Assembly: GCA_964016885.1 (NCBI GenBank)
Contig: OZ024747.1
Span: 19,034,001-19,098,000 of the forward strand
Direction: 5' to 3'
DNA from: Eledone cirrhosa
Taxonomy: Eukaryota
Length of the DNA: 64,000 nt
The translations under genes were made by a program, and so were the position numbers. The notes under the pieces are model-generated. The model was given only the letters and a program-made list of their open reading frames with translations. It was not told the origin of the DNA and did no database searches. This document shows positions 48,669 to 61,653 of this stretch, one piece after another. The first letter of the stretch is position 1. The number at the start of each line of letters is the position of its first letter.

Positions 48669-51600
48669 ATATATACATTTATACACACACTATATATATA
48701 TATATACACACTATATATCCTAAACGGACGGTAGTCCGTTTAGTAATATTGTTGTGGTCCTGTTTTCGTTGGCAATCGTCTGTTTACGACAGTACAGCGC
48801 GGCTCTACTTTATTTAACTGAGATAAAACTTATATGAGCACGAACAGTAGATCATTACACATCTTTTGGCTTAAAAATCTAGAAATTTGGTCCATCGGGA
48901 AAAAGTTTATAATCAAAGTTTGCTGATAAATCTTGTGTTCAAGTGAGTGAGTAGTAAGCGTGACGCTAGGGGAGGTAATCCAGAAATGACGTAGCTTTGT
49001 CATTAAGCCAGATGCCTCAACTAGATTGCAATTATACTCAAAAGAACTTTAAAATGTCAATCACTTGTCAGTAATTCACTATGATCATTTAATTATTAGA
49101 TAGTTGTTGCTTGCATTGCCTTAAAAAATAGTAGACCAGATAGAAAAATGCGTACAGCAAAAAAAAGTAATATTGTTGGAATATAAACCTTTAAAAATAC
49201 AGGACAAGAAACTAAAATAAAACTTTAAAAGAATAGGACAAGAAACTAAGATAAAACTTTAAAGAATTGGACAAGAAATAAAAAATTTTACAATAATATT
49301 AGTGGCAAAATTTTTTTATTCGTTTCCTGTGCTATGCCCCAGTATCTTCTTGATTAGTGCATAATAATTGTCATGCTCTCATTGTGCGTTGCCCCTGAGT
49401 GGTTGGTTCTGGTTGGGGTTGGTTGGCTGAGCGGTTCTGCTCCGTCAGAATGACCATTGCAAGAAGAATTGGCCGATGCAGCTGCAGCTCTCCTCCAAGA
49501 ATGCACTTCTGGTCCCGCAACACCAGACGAAGATGGAGAAGACGACCGAGACAAGATGTCAACTCTGACCACCGACTACGGCACCTCCCTCAACCACCGG
49601 TCCTCCTGCTCCCCCTTCCTGTACCAGAAAGCTGTGGCATGCATTCATCTGGACTTGAACTCAAGGACAAGATGCAAGGAGAAGATGGACGGGTTGGTCA
49701 AGATCAAGGATGAGCGGGACGACAAGACCGTCCGCTGCTGCTCAAGATCTGTGCTCATGGGCCCATGGGTCCATTCACATTATGCATGACACATGAGGTG
49801 TGTCGCCGAATGATGAAATAGGGGTATGGTTATGGCCCAATTGGTGTTCAAACCAGGATCAAATGATCCCCCCGGTCTGACGACGACCTCTGAATGTGGA
49901 ACCCAGAGCCTATGAATGTGGAACTCGATTTTTTACCAATAAAAATTTTGCCACTAATATTATTGTAAAATTTTTTATTTCTTGTCCAATTCTTTAAAGT
50001 TTTATCTTAGTTTCTTGTCCTATTCTTTTAAAGTTTTATCTTAGTTTCTTGTCCTATTCTTTTAAAGTTTTATCTTAGTTTCTTGTCCTATTCTTTTAAA
50101 GTTTTATTTTAGTTTCTTGTCCTGTATTTTTAAAGGTTTATATTCCAACAATATTATTTTTTTTTGCTGTACGCATTTTTCTATCTGGTACATATATACA
50201 CACACACATATAGCGTCATAATGTCGTAATGCAGACAGTCAGACATACAGATGGATATTATAAGGGCGCAACATTATATCTATGTATCTATCTAAAAAGA
50301 AAGACTAAGAATTATAGAGAGAGATGGCTAAATCACCTAATGCGGTCCCTAGGGCAATGAAAATTTGAAATATATTTTGCTCAAAACACTCACAGGACCA
50401 TAATTATTACATGCGTAAAGTTTGAAAACAATCGGTTGGGTGGCTCTCGAGTTTTAGGGAGTCAGACAGACAGACATTCTCTGTTTTAGATATATAGATT
50501 AAGCTGGTGTTTAAAACAAAGGTTTTTACATGAAATTATGATGGAATGGTTTGTATCATGGAACCAGGGGTGGTTTTGGGCAGTTTGATATTGAAAGGGC
50601 TAAAGATGTTCCACCTTCGATCATCCAATTTAAAATTTTTTCTTTTAATTAGCTATAGGATATCTCAGAGCTACATTTTTCAAAGTATTTTTAAGATGGT
50701 TGGGAGTTATTTGAGGAAGATTTGGCTATTATTCCCAGCAGTTTCAATGACCACTTACAAACTCCCTCTATGACCCAGACATAAAGAATTGTTGTGTAAT
50801 GGGTAGCTGATGGAAATCAAATAAAAAGCTGGCATGATGACAACTGGAGCTAACAAAAGAAATTACTGAGAATAAAGGACGTGGAAAGAGAATGTGCAAA
50901 CTGAGCCAATTCTTGACAAAATAAAATTATGGACAAGACAACAAAGTAATCGCCACTTAATGCCTATTTTCCATGCTTGCATGGGTTAGACAAGCTGTCC
51001 AAATTATGATGTTAGACAGGTCAGGTGACTACATCTTGCTTATACAATCTGTTTTCTACAATTGGATGACCTTCCCAATGCCTAGCACTTTGCAGCAGAT
51101 ACTGGGTGCTCTTTGTCAATGATAAACAGCCTCCTTAGTGCTGGTGCCACAATAAAACACACTCAGTACACTCTGTAAAGTGGGTGATAGGAATGGCATT
51201 GAGCTGCAGAAACCATGCGAAAAAGAGTTAAGAGAACTCTTCAGTATGGCAAGGGAACAGCAACATCTCTAGTGTTGGTGGCATAAAATACACCCAGTAA
51301 AGTGGTTGGTGATAGGAAGGGCATTAAGTCTCAGAAAACTTGCCAAACAAAGGCTAGAAAGAACTTTTTAGGTATGTCAAAGGCTTGATTGCACAGCATT
51401 TCTCACTCTGTAGTGTTGGAACATATGTAAGCAAGATGTGTCCCAACCCATCAGAGATCTGTGGCTCAGCCTAAATACTGACTTGGTTTGAGACAACCTG
51501 TGTAATCTTTGCTGGTAGGGAAAATGGACATTAAATGATGATGATGATGAAATTAACAGAGTGATAATCTTACTTGTTTATGAATGATTCTAGGCCATCT

Positions 51601-52495
51601 CTTCTTTCTTCAATAAAATCCGATTCAAAAATACCATCGTCAGCACGGAATGGTAACTGTCTTTCCCATGCTTTTCTGGGGAGAGTTGGAACAACAATCT
51701 AAAGGGAAAGATAAGGAAAAATACAGACCACATAATAACGTTGTAAACTAATTAATTTAGCTGGGAAATTAGAGAAAATACTGTAAATGTTGTACATGAA
51801 GAAATATTTGAATTAGCTGTTGCACTAACATAATTTGGTTCATAATAGAGGTGCATATGAAGGTATATATAATATGTTTATGTATAATAAACAAATCATA
51901 TATGCCTTCATATATCCCTCTATTAAATATTTAACAAATGATTGAATAAACTGAAATTAACAAATGATTGAACAAACTGAAATTTTGTAGTATGTGGTTA
52001 ACTTTTAATATTCATGAAACTGCATGAAACTGCAAGACAATTCTTGAAAAATACTAAACAGTACTATGACTACATAATCACCTTTTAGCTTCAATTTTTC
52101 TGTGATTGCATGGGTTAGACGGGTCATCCATGCTGGGAGGCAAGTCTGGCCAGAGTTGGCCACACTGTACCTTGCTCCAATGAGGACTATAAATTCGGCC
52201 GGGTATTTTACAGCTGGATGCCCTTCCTAACAGCAACCACATTAAAAATTAAAGTCTTTAGTTTACCATGTCCATAGTCAAAATCCCCTTGTCAACAGAA
52301 GCCGTAGTATATATATATATATATAGTTGGTATGAGATATGAGTTATTTAGTTAGAGATAGTTGGTGTGATCTATATATGTTTGACAATCAGCACCAACG
52401 AGTGCAAGAAAGTTCTCTAGAAAGTTAACCGCATCAAATGGAACAAAACCATCTAACCCATGCTAGTGTGGAAGATGGACGTTAAACAATGATGA

Positions 52496-52532
<37 letters not shown>

Positions 52533-52724
52533 AAAAAAAAGAAAAGAATGACTTAACTTGTAGTAATAAATAATTTAATTTTATAATATTTTAATTTTAC
52601 AATTTTGCTATGTAGATCTGGTAAGTTTTTTGTTAACTTCGGTGGGAGTTTTTTTTAAATTCCTGGTTAACTTTCTGGAGAACTTTCTCACATTAGTTGG
52701 TGGCGATTGTCAAACATATATAGA

Positions 52725-52768
<44 letters not shown>

Positions 52769-55700
52769 AAGAAAACTCTAAAATGATTGGTTAACTAGAT
52801 TGCATTGCCAATCACACCAACTAGCTCTAACTAAATAACTCATATCTCATACCAACTAACTAACTCTCATGCTCCACCCTTCCTTCACAACACACCCTTC
52901 ATTTGCTTCCAACAACATCCTCATCTACATCCCTTCTCCACTTTTTAACCTACTCACTTTTATTTTTTCACTTCCACTCATTCCATTACAAAACAACTGT
53001 CAGAAACTTTAGACTTTTTCACAGAAACATAGCTAGACATACACACACACACAAGACATTGTCTGTGAGTTGCTCTCTTTCTCATCTACACACACTCATA
53101 TATATACACGCACACACACACACACATATATATATAGGCATTTCTCTCCCTGTATGTATGAATATATGTATATATGTGTTTGTAGTTTGGCAACAACTAT
53201 AGAACGTTTTTTTCTCCCCATTTAATTGAAAGGCAGTTTATACAATGATGAAAGCCTTTAAAAAAGAAAAGGATTAAAATAATAACCAGGAAGAGAGTAA
53301 AAAAGAAAGATAGGGAGGATTAATAATGAAGAGAGAGAGAGAGGAGGAAATGGGTGCAAACTCTACACCCTTGACTGGACAGTATATCTCAGCTGTGGAC
53401 AAGAAACAGCCTGTACATAAGATACAATCTACAAACTGAATATATCACCATTTAAATCTATCTCCAGCAAGATACTGAGGTGGATATATTTATTTCCTTG
53501 CTGTTCTTCTTTGAAGCTGTTTTATCTGTATACACACATACACATGTGTGGAATGTTTCTTCAAGTATATATGGGTTAATGAACATTGTACTGCTATGAC
53601 TACTACTACTAATACTATGATACTACTACTACCACCTCATCCACCAAATTACAACAACAGCTACTACTACCACTGGTGGTATCACCACAACCAGTGTCCA
53701 AATAGAATTGATCTTTTGATACCAGCTAGCAGAAACTGAGCCAGATGACACTTAGGCAAGGATGAGAAGAACATTGAAAATTAGTATAGATATGACATTG
53801 TATACATATATATATATATAAACTTACAAACATACATATATGTTTATAAATATACATATACATATATATATATATATATACATACATACAGAGAGAGAGA
53901 GAGGGGGGGGGTTTATTTTAAAATACCCAATAGCCCCAAAACCATGTAAAAACACCTGTTGGATTTATTAATCCACAATTCCCTTATTGTAATTCTGAAA
54001 TTGTTACATTTTCATGAGCTTCACTTTAGCTGCCCCCCCCCCCCCCCTGTATAAGTTGTTGGCTTTTAGGTAAGTTCGCCACAACTATAGTCTAATCTTC
54101 TCACCATATCATCCAAGATGTAGGGATTTAGAGCTGGAGAGGGGGTAGAGAAGCTATAAAGTGGTGGGGAGTGGACAAAGATAGTTGAGTGGGTGAAAAG
54201 GGATAGAGGGGGAGAGAAAAGGGACAGAGAGAGTGAGAGGAGGTATAGAGAGAGTGAGAAGAAGTGGTGAATGAAAGAGTTTAAATCCTTCAGACTTGCT
54301 AAAATAGGACCAGGCACATTACTATCTCCATAATTACTAAGATAAATGTGGTAGACAGGGAGAGCAAATATCTTAAAGTATTTCGTTTTGTAACTATGTT
54401 TTGAGCTCAAATCCCACTAGGATTGATCTTATCTTTCATCCTTCTAATGGTTGATAAAATAAAGTATTATTAGTCAGTAAAATACTTTTCACTCCTTGCT
54501 TTGAGACTGTAAAAAAATCATTATTATATGGAGGGCAAATTCCACCGAGGTTAACTTTGCCTTTCATCCTTACGGGGGGGGGGGGGGGGGGGGGGCCGAT
54601 AAAATAAAGTACCAGTAATGCACTGAGATAATTGCTGGCCTGGTGCCAAAAGTAGAAAATTATTATATGGAGGGCAATAGATTGGCAAAGTCATCAAAGT
54701 ATTGTAGTATTTAACCTTTTAGCATTCACATTATATATATACTATTATATTTTCATGGTAAAGGCTTTACCTTACATAATTATCTCATAATATCGAATCT
54801 ATGAGATCTTGATATTTATTTTGAGAACATTGCCTTAACATCAGTATGAGTGGCTGGTTACAGCCGGTTTGAACAGAAAGAGGCGAGAGTATTCTAGCCG
54901 GATATGGCCAGTTTAAATGCTAAAGGGTTAATAACCATCAGGTTCAAATTTGTGTGGCAAATTAGCAGTCATTAGAACATCAGTAAAATGCTTTGCAGTA
55001 TTTATTCTGGCTCTCTGGACTGAGTTCAAATCCCACTGAGGTTAACTTTGCCTTTCATACTTTTGAGGTCAATAAAAAAAGTAACAGTTCAGTCCTGGGG
55101 TCAATTTTTCCACTACATTTTTTTTCTAATTCCCCCTCCTCTCTCCTTCTCTGAAAGAAACCAGCTGTGTTCAGACCTGAAGAGGAGATGAGCTCTGACA
55201 GGTTTCAAAATGCCCAAAACATGCTGTAATGTCACTACAGCACCTCTATGACTCCATCAGGAGTGATGGGTCCATACAAAAAGTACTGAATTGATCAACT
55301 ATACTCCTCTCACAAGATTGGCAGAATCAGTTCAGTGGTAAGCAAAACACTTTTTTTATTTAGTTACATCCATTAACATTCTGATTTCAAATAACAAACC
55401 AAGAACTAATGAGGAGTGGTTGCTTGACCTGCTAAATCACCCCGAAAGCAAACCCTAGCATCTTAAAAAAGAAACATAAGCCAATGTAGTCACAGATCTA
55501 CAAAATGACAAGATGGCTATAGCTAGTCTGACACAGGGCTAACCAAAAACAGCAACCATCTCTGAGACAATACAATTATGGCTAGTCTCACATCAGGCTA
55601 ACAAAAAACAGCAACAACCCTTGAAGATTAAGCGCTTTAATTGGAACAAAAGCACTACCACCTTACTGGGTGCTTTTTTTTTTGTTGTGGCATCAGCACT

Positions 55701-58523
55701 ACCACTTTACAGAGTGGATTGGATGTTTTTTAGTTGTAGCACCAGTACAACCACCTTACAGGGTGAAGTGGGTGTTTTGTTGATTTCAATTATATTACAA
55801 ATTGGATTTGTACACAAATACAAGTACTGTTAACATGGAGAGAAACCAGAGGCTAGAGAGCTGATAAACAACCACAGACAATATAAAGTTGGAAGGACTC
55901 TTAAGTTTAGATAAACATTTTGTTGTGGTGTCAGCATGACCACTTTACAGGGAAGACTGGGTGTTTTTTGTTGTGGGACTAGTACTACCATTTTATAGGG
56001 TGGATTAGTTCAGATGTCACCAGTGCTACCTCATTATGACATTTGGAAGTCAAATATAATGTAAGTTTATTAACACAGAAATGAAAACAAAATGAAAAAC
56101 ATCCACACACAAAATGGCTCTGCTTTTTCTTAGAGATGAACTTTGGAACATATCAACATATCAGAATTATCACCACTAATTAGTGTCCAAAGTTAATATA
56201 TCAATCAAGATAGCAGGTCTTAGCAAATGGATGCAGTGTAGAAGAGAAAAAAAAATGCTATCAGTAAGATAAATAATGTTGTATAGTACTGATAATATCA
56301 AATGATGAAGGAACAGCGAAAAAACAATATATATATTTCTTTTTTATGTCAGATGCAGTGTGTGTGTGTGGAGGCATGGAAGAGCAACCAGCCTACTTCT
56401 CCACACTGGATATTTTGCAGGATTGCAAGATATTTTTCAAGGAGATATGTAGTACTGGAGTTGTGATCTCTTGATGCAGAGAAATGGTGACTTTACCTGG
56501 ATTGACTCCCTGATCTCTAAGCTATGCACCCTATAGAATAACATTATTCCAGAGACCCTTTGGAGGAATCCCATTTTGGCCACTTGTATTTGCAATCATA
56601 TTCATATTCATGATCTTTGATAAGGGTAGGCATGAATACTAAATCTAGGATCCAGATGCATCATTTAGTGATGGTTGCTTCTAATAGAACCCATTGGACA
56701 GCATACCTTCCAATAGAACCCACCGCCACCAAAACCCTCAGTGGAATAAGAAGGCAGCAGAGAAGGAGGGGAAGAGGAGAAGAAGAATGGCTTCCTGTTA
56801 ACTACTTTGTGACCAAAGGAAAATCTGACCACAGCTGTTAAAGATATTTAAACTCGTCAAATTGTTTCCTCTTCTCTAACCTGTAACTTCATTTAGTACT
56901 GATTACAATGGTCGCAACATGGCCAGATGGTTAAGGAATTTCCTTTACAATAATAGGTCCTGGATTTGATCTCATCAACATCATTATTGTTTAACGTCTG
57001 CTTTCTTTGTATGACATCTTGGGTAAGTGTCATTTACTTGGTTGACCCATACTTTTTTCTCAAAGAATTTGACTGTTTTGAAGAAAAAAATGACAGAGCT
57101 GTCAGTCTCATCACAGTAGTCAACATCTGTTGATGACTAGCAGTCAAAATAGCCAGCAAGTCAGTTGTGGAGGACCACAAACTGCTCCTTTTCAACTCAA
57201 AGCCAAGATAAATATGGATGTGAGGCTATTGTTCACATAGCCAGACACTTCATTGAGCATGAGCCTCCACTGTCACTTCACCTTCTTGTAAACTTGGACA
57301 TGCAAAATACCTTTAACAACTGAAGGCAATAGATTGAATAATAATTGTTTCTACTTTTGGCACAAGGCCAGCAATTACCCAGTGTATTACTGGTACTTTA
57401 TTTTATCGACCCCGTAAGATTGACAGGCAAAGTTAACCTCGGTAATAATGGTAATAATTATTACTTATATTGATATTGAATCTCTGCCAATCACTTTCCC
57501 TAGAAATTTGTAATATTTAACCCTTTAGCATTTACATTACTCTATATATACTATTCTATTCTCGCAGTAAAGGCTTCATCTCGCATAATATCAAATCTGA
57601 GATTTTGATATTATTTATTTTGAGAACTAACTATACCTTAACATCAGTATGAGTGGCCAGATATGGCCGGTTTGAACAGAAAGAGGTGAGAGAATTCTGG
57701 CCTGAAGCAGCTGGTTTAAATGCTAAAGAGTTAAAATATAGATACAAATAAAAAATGTTGAAGATAAAGTTTAATATTCAAGTAAATATAAAAGTAGATT
57801 AAAAAAATAAGAAACCTAAATAATGTGATATGTAAATCTGGCAACATTTTTCAGAGATTTTGCTGCCTATTCCCTTTCTCCAAATAAACTGGAATAAAGT
57901 GTCTTGTCCCATCAAAACACCTACACTGGAATTCAACTAATTACCCATCAGCTGTTATCCATTAAGCTATTAGGTCTACTCATGTAAGGTAGGTGGTGCT
58001 GGTGCCACAAAAAATGCTCCCAGTACATATTGTAAAGTGACTGGCTTTAGGAAAGGCCTCCAGTCATAGAAAAGCAAGTCAAAATCAGAATGTACAAGCA
58101 AGATGTATTCACCTGACAAGTCTAGCCTCATAATATTACAATTGATACAAGCATGGAAAATAGATGTTAAACAGTGACGAAGATGATGGTTACGATAGTC
58201 ACTATACTTTACATTGCAAAAGGGCCTTCCATTAGATATCTACACATGAACATGTATAGACAATGTTTAAAATAAATCACAATTTCTCAGTAATTCATGT
58301 GCAAACATCAAAGAATCCTAAAGATCTAGTATGACCATTGTATACCTGATGATAACAAGAAATTAAACATTCAGAATAAGAAATAGACGAATCAAAAGGC
58401 GACTACTACATAACTTGTGAAGCTTACCTTACTGTCTCGTTCAAGTTCATTTCTTAACCATTCAAAATCACTGTAACGTCGACGGACACTGGAATCTTTT
58501 AACTTGAACACTGGTAAATTAGT
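46807..58523 (-). CDS. SNX3: Sorting nexin 3/12 (PX-only sorting nexin), last three coding exons; first exon lies beyond the right edge
   Basis: Exons 58428-58523, 51574-51698, 46807-46912 give TNLPVFKLKDSSVRRRYSDFEWLRNELERDSK/IVVPTLPRKAWERQLPFRADDGIFESDFIEERRDGLESFINK/VAGHPLAQNERSLHMFLQEPAIDKNYVPGKIRTT*. This is the SNX3/SNX12 PX domain with the RRY and PxxPxK motifs; likely the single invertebrate SNX3/12 pro-orthologue. Confidence 0.93.
48217..50498 (-). mobile_element. Non-autonomous Helitron carrying internal insertions
   Basis: Minus strand begins A|TCTATATATC...(TGTC)n...AACCGATTGTTTTCAAACTT and ends with hairpin cccgagcaaccccggg then CTAG|T. A/T target site with no TSD. Confidence 0.8.
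49135..50189. mobile_element. Foldback element: long inverted arms with 34-bp internal tandem units around a GC-rich core
   Basis: Arms 49135-49320 and 49938-50189 are near-perfect reverse complements. Unit aggacaagaaactaagataaaactttaaaagaat occurs as 2 full copies on the left and 4 on the right. Confidence 0.8.
51574..51698 (-). CDS. SNX3: SNX3/12 coding exon 3
   Basis: tttag|IVVPTLPRKAWERQLPFRADDGIFESDFIEERRDGLESFIN|gtaag; 125 nt. Confidence 0.95.
54539..54658 (+). mobile_element. 5'-truncated young SINE with 19-bp target-site duplication
   Basis: Flanked by attattatatggagggcaa at 54520-54538 and 54659-54677; internal G-run expanded. Confidence 0.8.
54715..54927 (-). mobile_element. piggyBac-like MITE, family A
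   Basis: TTAA TSD on both sides; reverse-complement copy of 2297-2518. Confidence 0.85.
57521..57730 (-). mobile_element. piggyBac-like MITE, family A
   Basis: TTAA|ccctttagcatttac...aaatgctaaagag|TTAA. Confidence 0.85.
58428..58523 (-). CDS. SNX3: SNX3/12 coding exon 2
   Basis: tttcag|TNLPVFKLKDSSVRRRYSDFEWLRNELERDSK|gtaagc; 96 nt. Confidence 0.95.
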
Positions 58524-61500
58524 CTGAAAACCAATAAGGAATAGAATAATGTATGAACTCTTGTAAAGTTGTTTGGAAACAGAAGAAATGGACTGTAGTG
58601 TGAACTCTAGGTCAAAGTAATTGAATAGGTTTGGTGGAAGCCTGTAATAATTAATAGCACCCACATTTCCATCCTAGCATGAATGTGACAGCTTATCTTT
58701 AAAGCAATATTTTTACAGCAGAATGAGCTATTACATAAATAGTTTGAAAACAGAAGAAACAGATTGCAGGGCTATCTCTAGATATGGGACAAAGCTGTGA
58801 AGAAACTGAACTTCGTGACGATGACACAAGACCAAATTGACTGGTGGTATGCCTTAATTCGAAAGATCCACCCACCAGCACAAGCACTGTGATGCTAAAA
58901 GTAAATGTGGTGAAGCACAGTAAATTGCATGAAGTAGAGTGATCTGTTTAGACTGCAGTATTACAACGAAACACTCTCGCTACCCCTTCCTTTGTAAAAA
59001 GTGGTGGATGAAGACAGGATAGAGAGAACCCTCTAGACATGTCAAGTACATGACAGCCTCTAGTTTTGGGGCCACAATAAAGTGCACCCAGTACACACTG
59101 TAAAGTGGTTGGTAATCAAACAGATACAATATAGGGTAGAGAGGATTCTTCAGTCTAGCCAATCATATTCAACAATGGTTTTATACATTTGTCCTGTGAC
59201 ATTGTTGGTGTTTCTATTGATTCTTCTTAATAACAACACACAGTCCTTAGATACTCTCTCCGTTGTACCATAGTAGGAACTCTCCAGCCAGTGCACTTCA
59301 TCTTGCCTACTCCCACTCCTTAGCTATCCCCCTCTAAAGACCTTAAGATACCCTCTCTATTGCACCCTACCAGCAACTCCCTCCACTTCTGTGCACTCTA
59401 CTCTGCCTTTGTTCCCCCTCCACTACCACTTCTTAGCTATTCTCTCCATCATTACACTGCCCACTGATAGCAACCATGCCATCACTATCACTGCTTAAGT
59501 AGTCACACAATCACTACATTCCTATGCTATCAGAGGTTACACCTACCCACCTTACTCATCACTTTCAAACCACACCCCATCATACATTTATAACTTCAAA
59601 CTTATCTCTCTTCTTCCCAACCTCTACAGAACAGAGAGGGCTCTACAGTTGAGACAATAATTGACACCCTCGCTAGTTTTGGTGCCATGAAAATGCACCC
59701 TGTACAAACTGTAAGGTGTTTAGCGATAAGAAGGGCACTCTGCTGTAGAAACGTTGATAAAAGGGTTTAAGACCTTTCAGTTGTGTAAACGGCATGACAA
59801 ACTCTCTAGTGTTGGTAATCTACATGATAAACAAACCCAGTACATGCTATAAAGTGTTTGATGATAAGAAAGACATCCAGCTGTAGAAAGCTTGCAAAAG
59901 AAAGGGTTGGGAGGCCGCATCAGTTGTGTCAAAAATATGACAAGCGCCCTGATAAAATGCCCTTGGGACCATATGTAAGTGAAATCTGGACTCCCAGCTT
60001 GTCTGGGAGGTCAGTAGATCCATTTCCGTACTGACTCGGTTTGTGAAGACCCATTCAACCATTGCTAGTAGGGAAAGTGGACATTAAATGATAATAATGA
60101 CAATAAGTATGAAAACACAAATGCACACATACATACATGCATACATACATAAACACACAATCTATGTAAGAAAAACAAAACCAGTTGTGGAGCTAGGTCT
60201 TACATGCAGTGTATGTATGTAAATATAGGCAAGTTTCCAAATGTCACTTCCACAAAGTCTCTAAAGTGGTACAGCCAGTTAAAAGATTATTATTATAAGG
60301 AAGGTAAAAACATGAGGTAAGGTGGGTGGCGATCTAAATGGGTGATAGAACAAAAAGAATAATATACGGATGTGGCTTTGATTACAATAGTAAGGAAAAC
60401 AATGAAGATCTCATAATAATTATTGATTTCTAACAGAGGTAGACAGATACACATTTTAGGAGAGAAAAAAAGAGAGAAGAGAGAAGTGAAACTTTAGTGG
60501 ATTTTTAATTATATACACAATCGATAGAAGGCGGGAATGTATGTAAGCAAGATGCAAGCCTCCAGCCCCTCACCCAAGAGGTCAGTAGCTCCACTTGAGT
60601 ACTGACTGGTCTGTGAGCAGGGAAAACAGACATTAAACAATGATGACACACATACACAAATTCATGTCATTTTCCAGTGTTTACTTTTACACAGTATCAC
60701 TTACTTGGATAGGTGTGTCTATTTATGTAACATTCTGTCTATGTATTCTTGCTCTTGTATTATAAGTGTGTATGTGTGAGGGGCAAACATGTATACATAC
60801 ATACATACATACAAAGGTGGATCTTCTACATGATTGGTAAACCTGCTAAAAATAGCAGTCAAATTACACTATTGTTGTTAAGACACACTGAATTTATTTC
60901 GTCATCTCTGCTGTGAAGTTCACCATTTGAGATCTACTCTCACCATCTCCGCCCAGGTTTTTTTTGGTCTTCCTTTACTGCAGCTTCTTTCCACTGGGAT
61001 CTCCTGACAATTCTTCACTTAACGATTGTCATCCATATGCATCACATTTCCATACCAGAGCAGCCTTCTTTCTTGCACACTACATATTCTTCTTATACCC
61101 AGTTTTTCTCTTAGTTCATCCCTGCTTTGCCAGTCAAGCACAATAATATCACACATTCATTGAAGCATACCAGCATAGAAAGTAGACATAAAATGATGAT
61201 GATATATATCATCATCATTTTAACATTCGCTTTCTCTGCTAGCAAGGGTTGGATGGGTCTATATAGACTAAGTCATTATTGAAACAGTCGCTACTGATCT
61301 CCCTGACAAGCAAGGGATCTGTTGTCTCACTTAAGTGCGGTCTCATTCTACCAAGTGCACAGGAGAGATTGTCCTGTCTTTGACACAACTGAGAATCCTC
61401 CCAACCCTTTGTTTGGCAAGCCTTCTATGGCTCGATGCCCTTCCCATCACCAAACACTTCAGGAGGAGACAGCAGCTACGAGCGTGTGCAGGGAGAGGGC

Positions 61501-61620
61501 ATGGGGTATATGCAGTGAGGGTTGTAGTGGTGTTGGGGATAGCTGTTACTGAGCTGTGGTGGAAGTGGGAGGGAATCAGGCCACATTGTATATTGCAGGT
61601 CAGGTCTTCTTCAGCACTGC

Positions 61621-61653
<33 letters not shown>

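Larger units (their letters stand above)
47855..50599 (+). mobile_element. TTAA-type MITE, family B, split by SINE and Helitron insertions
   Basis: TTAA|cccattcattacc...cttcattatta (to about 48005) rejoins ttaagctggtgttt...tgaaaggg|CTAA (50499-50599). Uninterrupted relatives at about 31071-31325 and 36430-36667. Confidence 0.75.

Noticed and set aside
1019-58523. Functional cluster or operon of SNX3, INTS10 and DCAF6
   Set aside because: Same strand but unrelated pathways, multi-kb repeat-filled spacers and nothing in the sequence indicating co-transcription.
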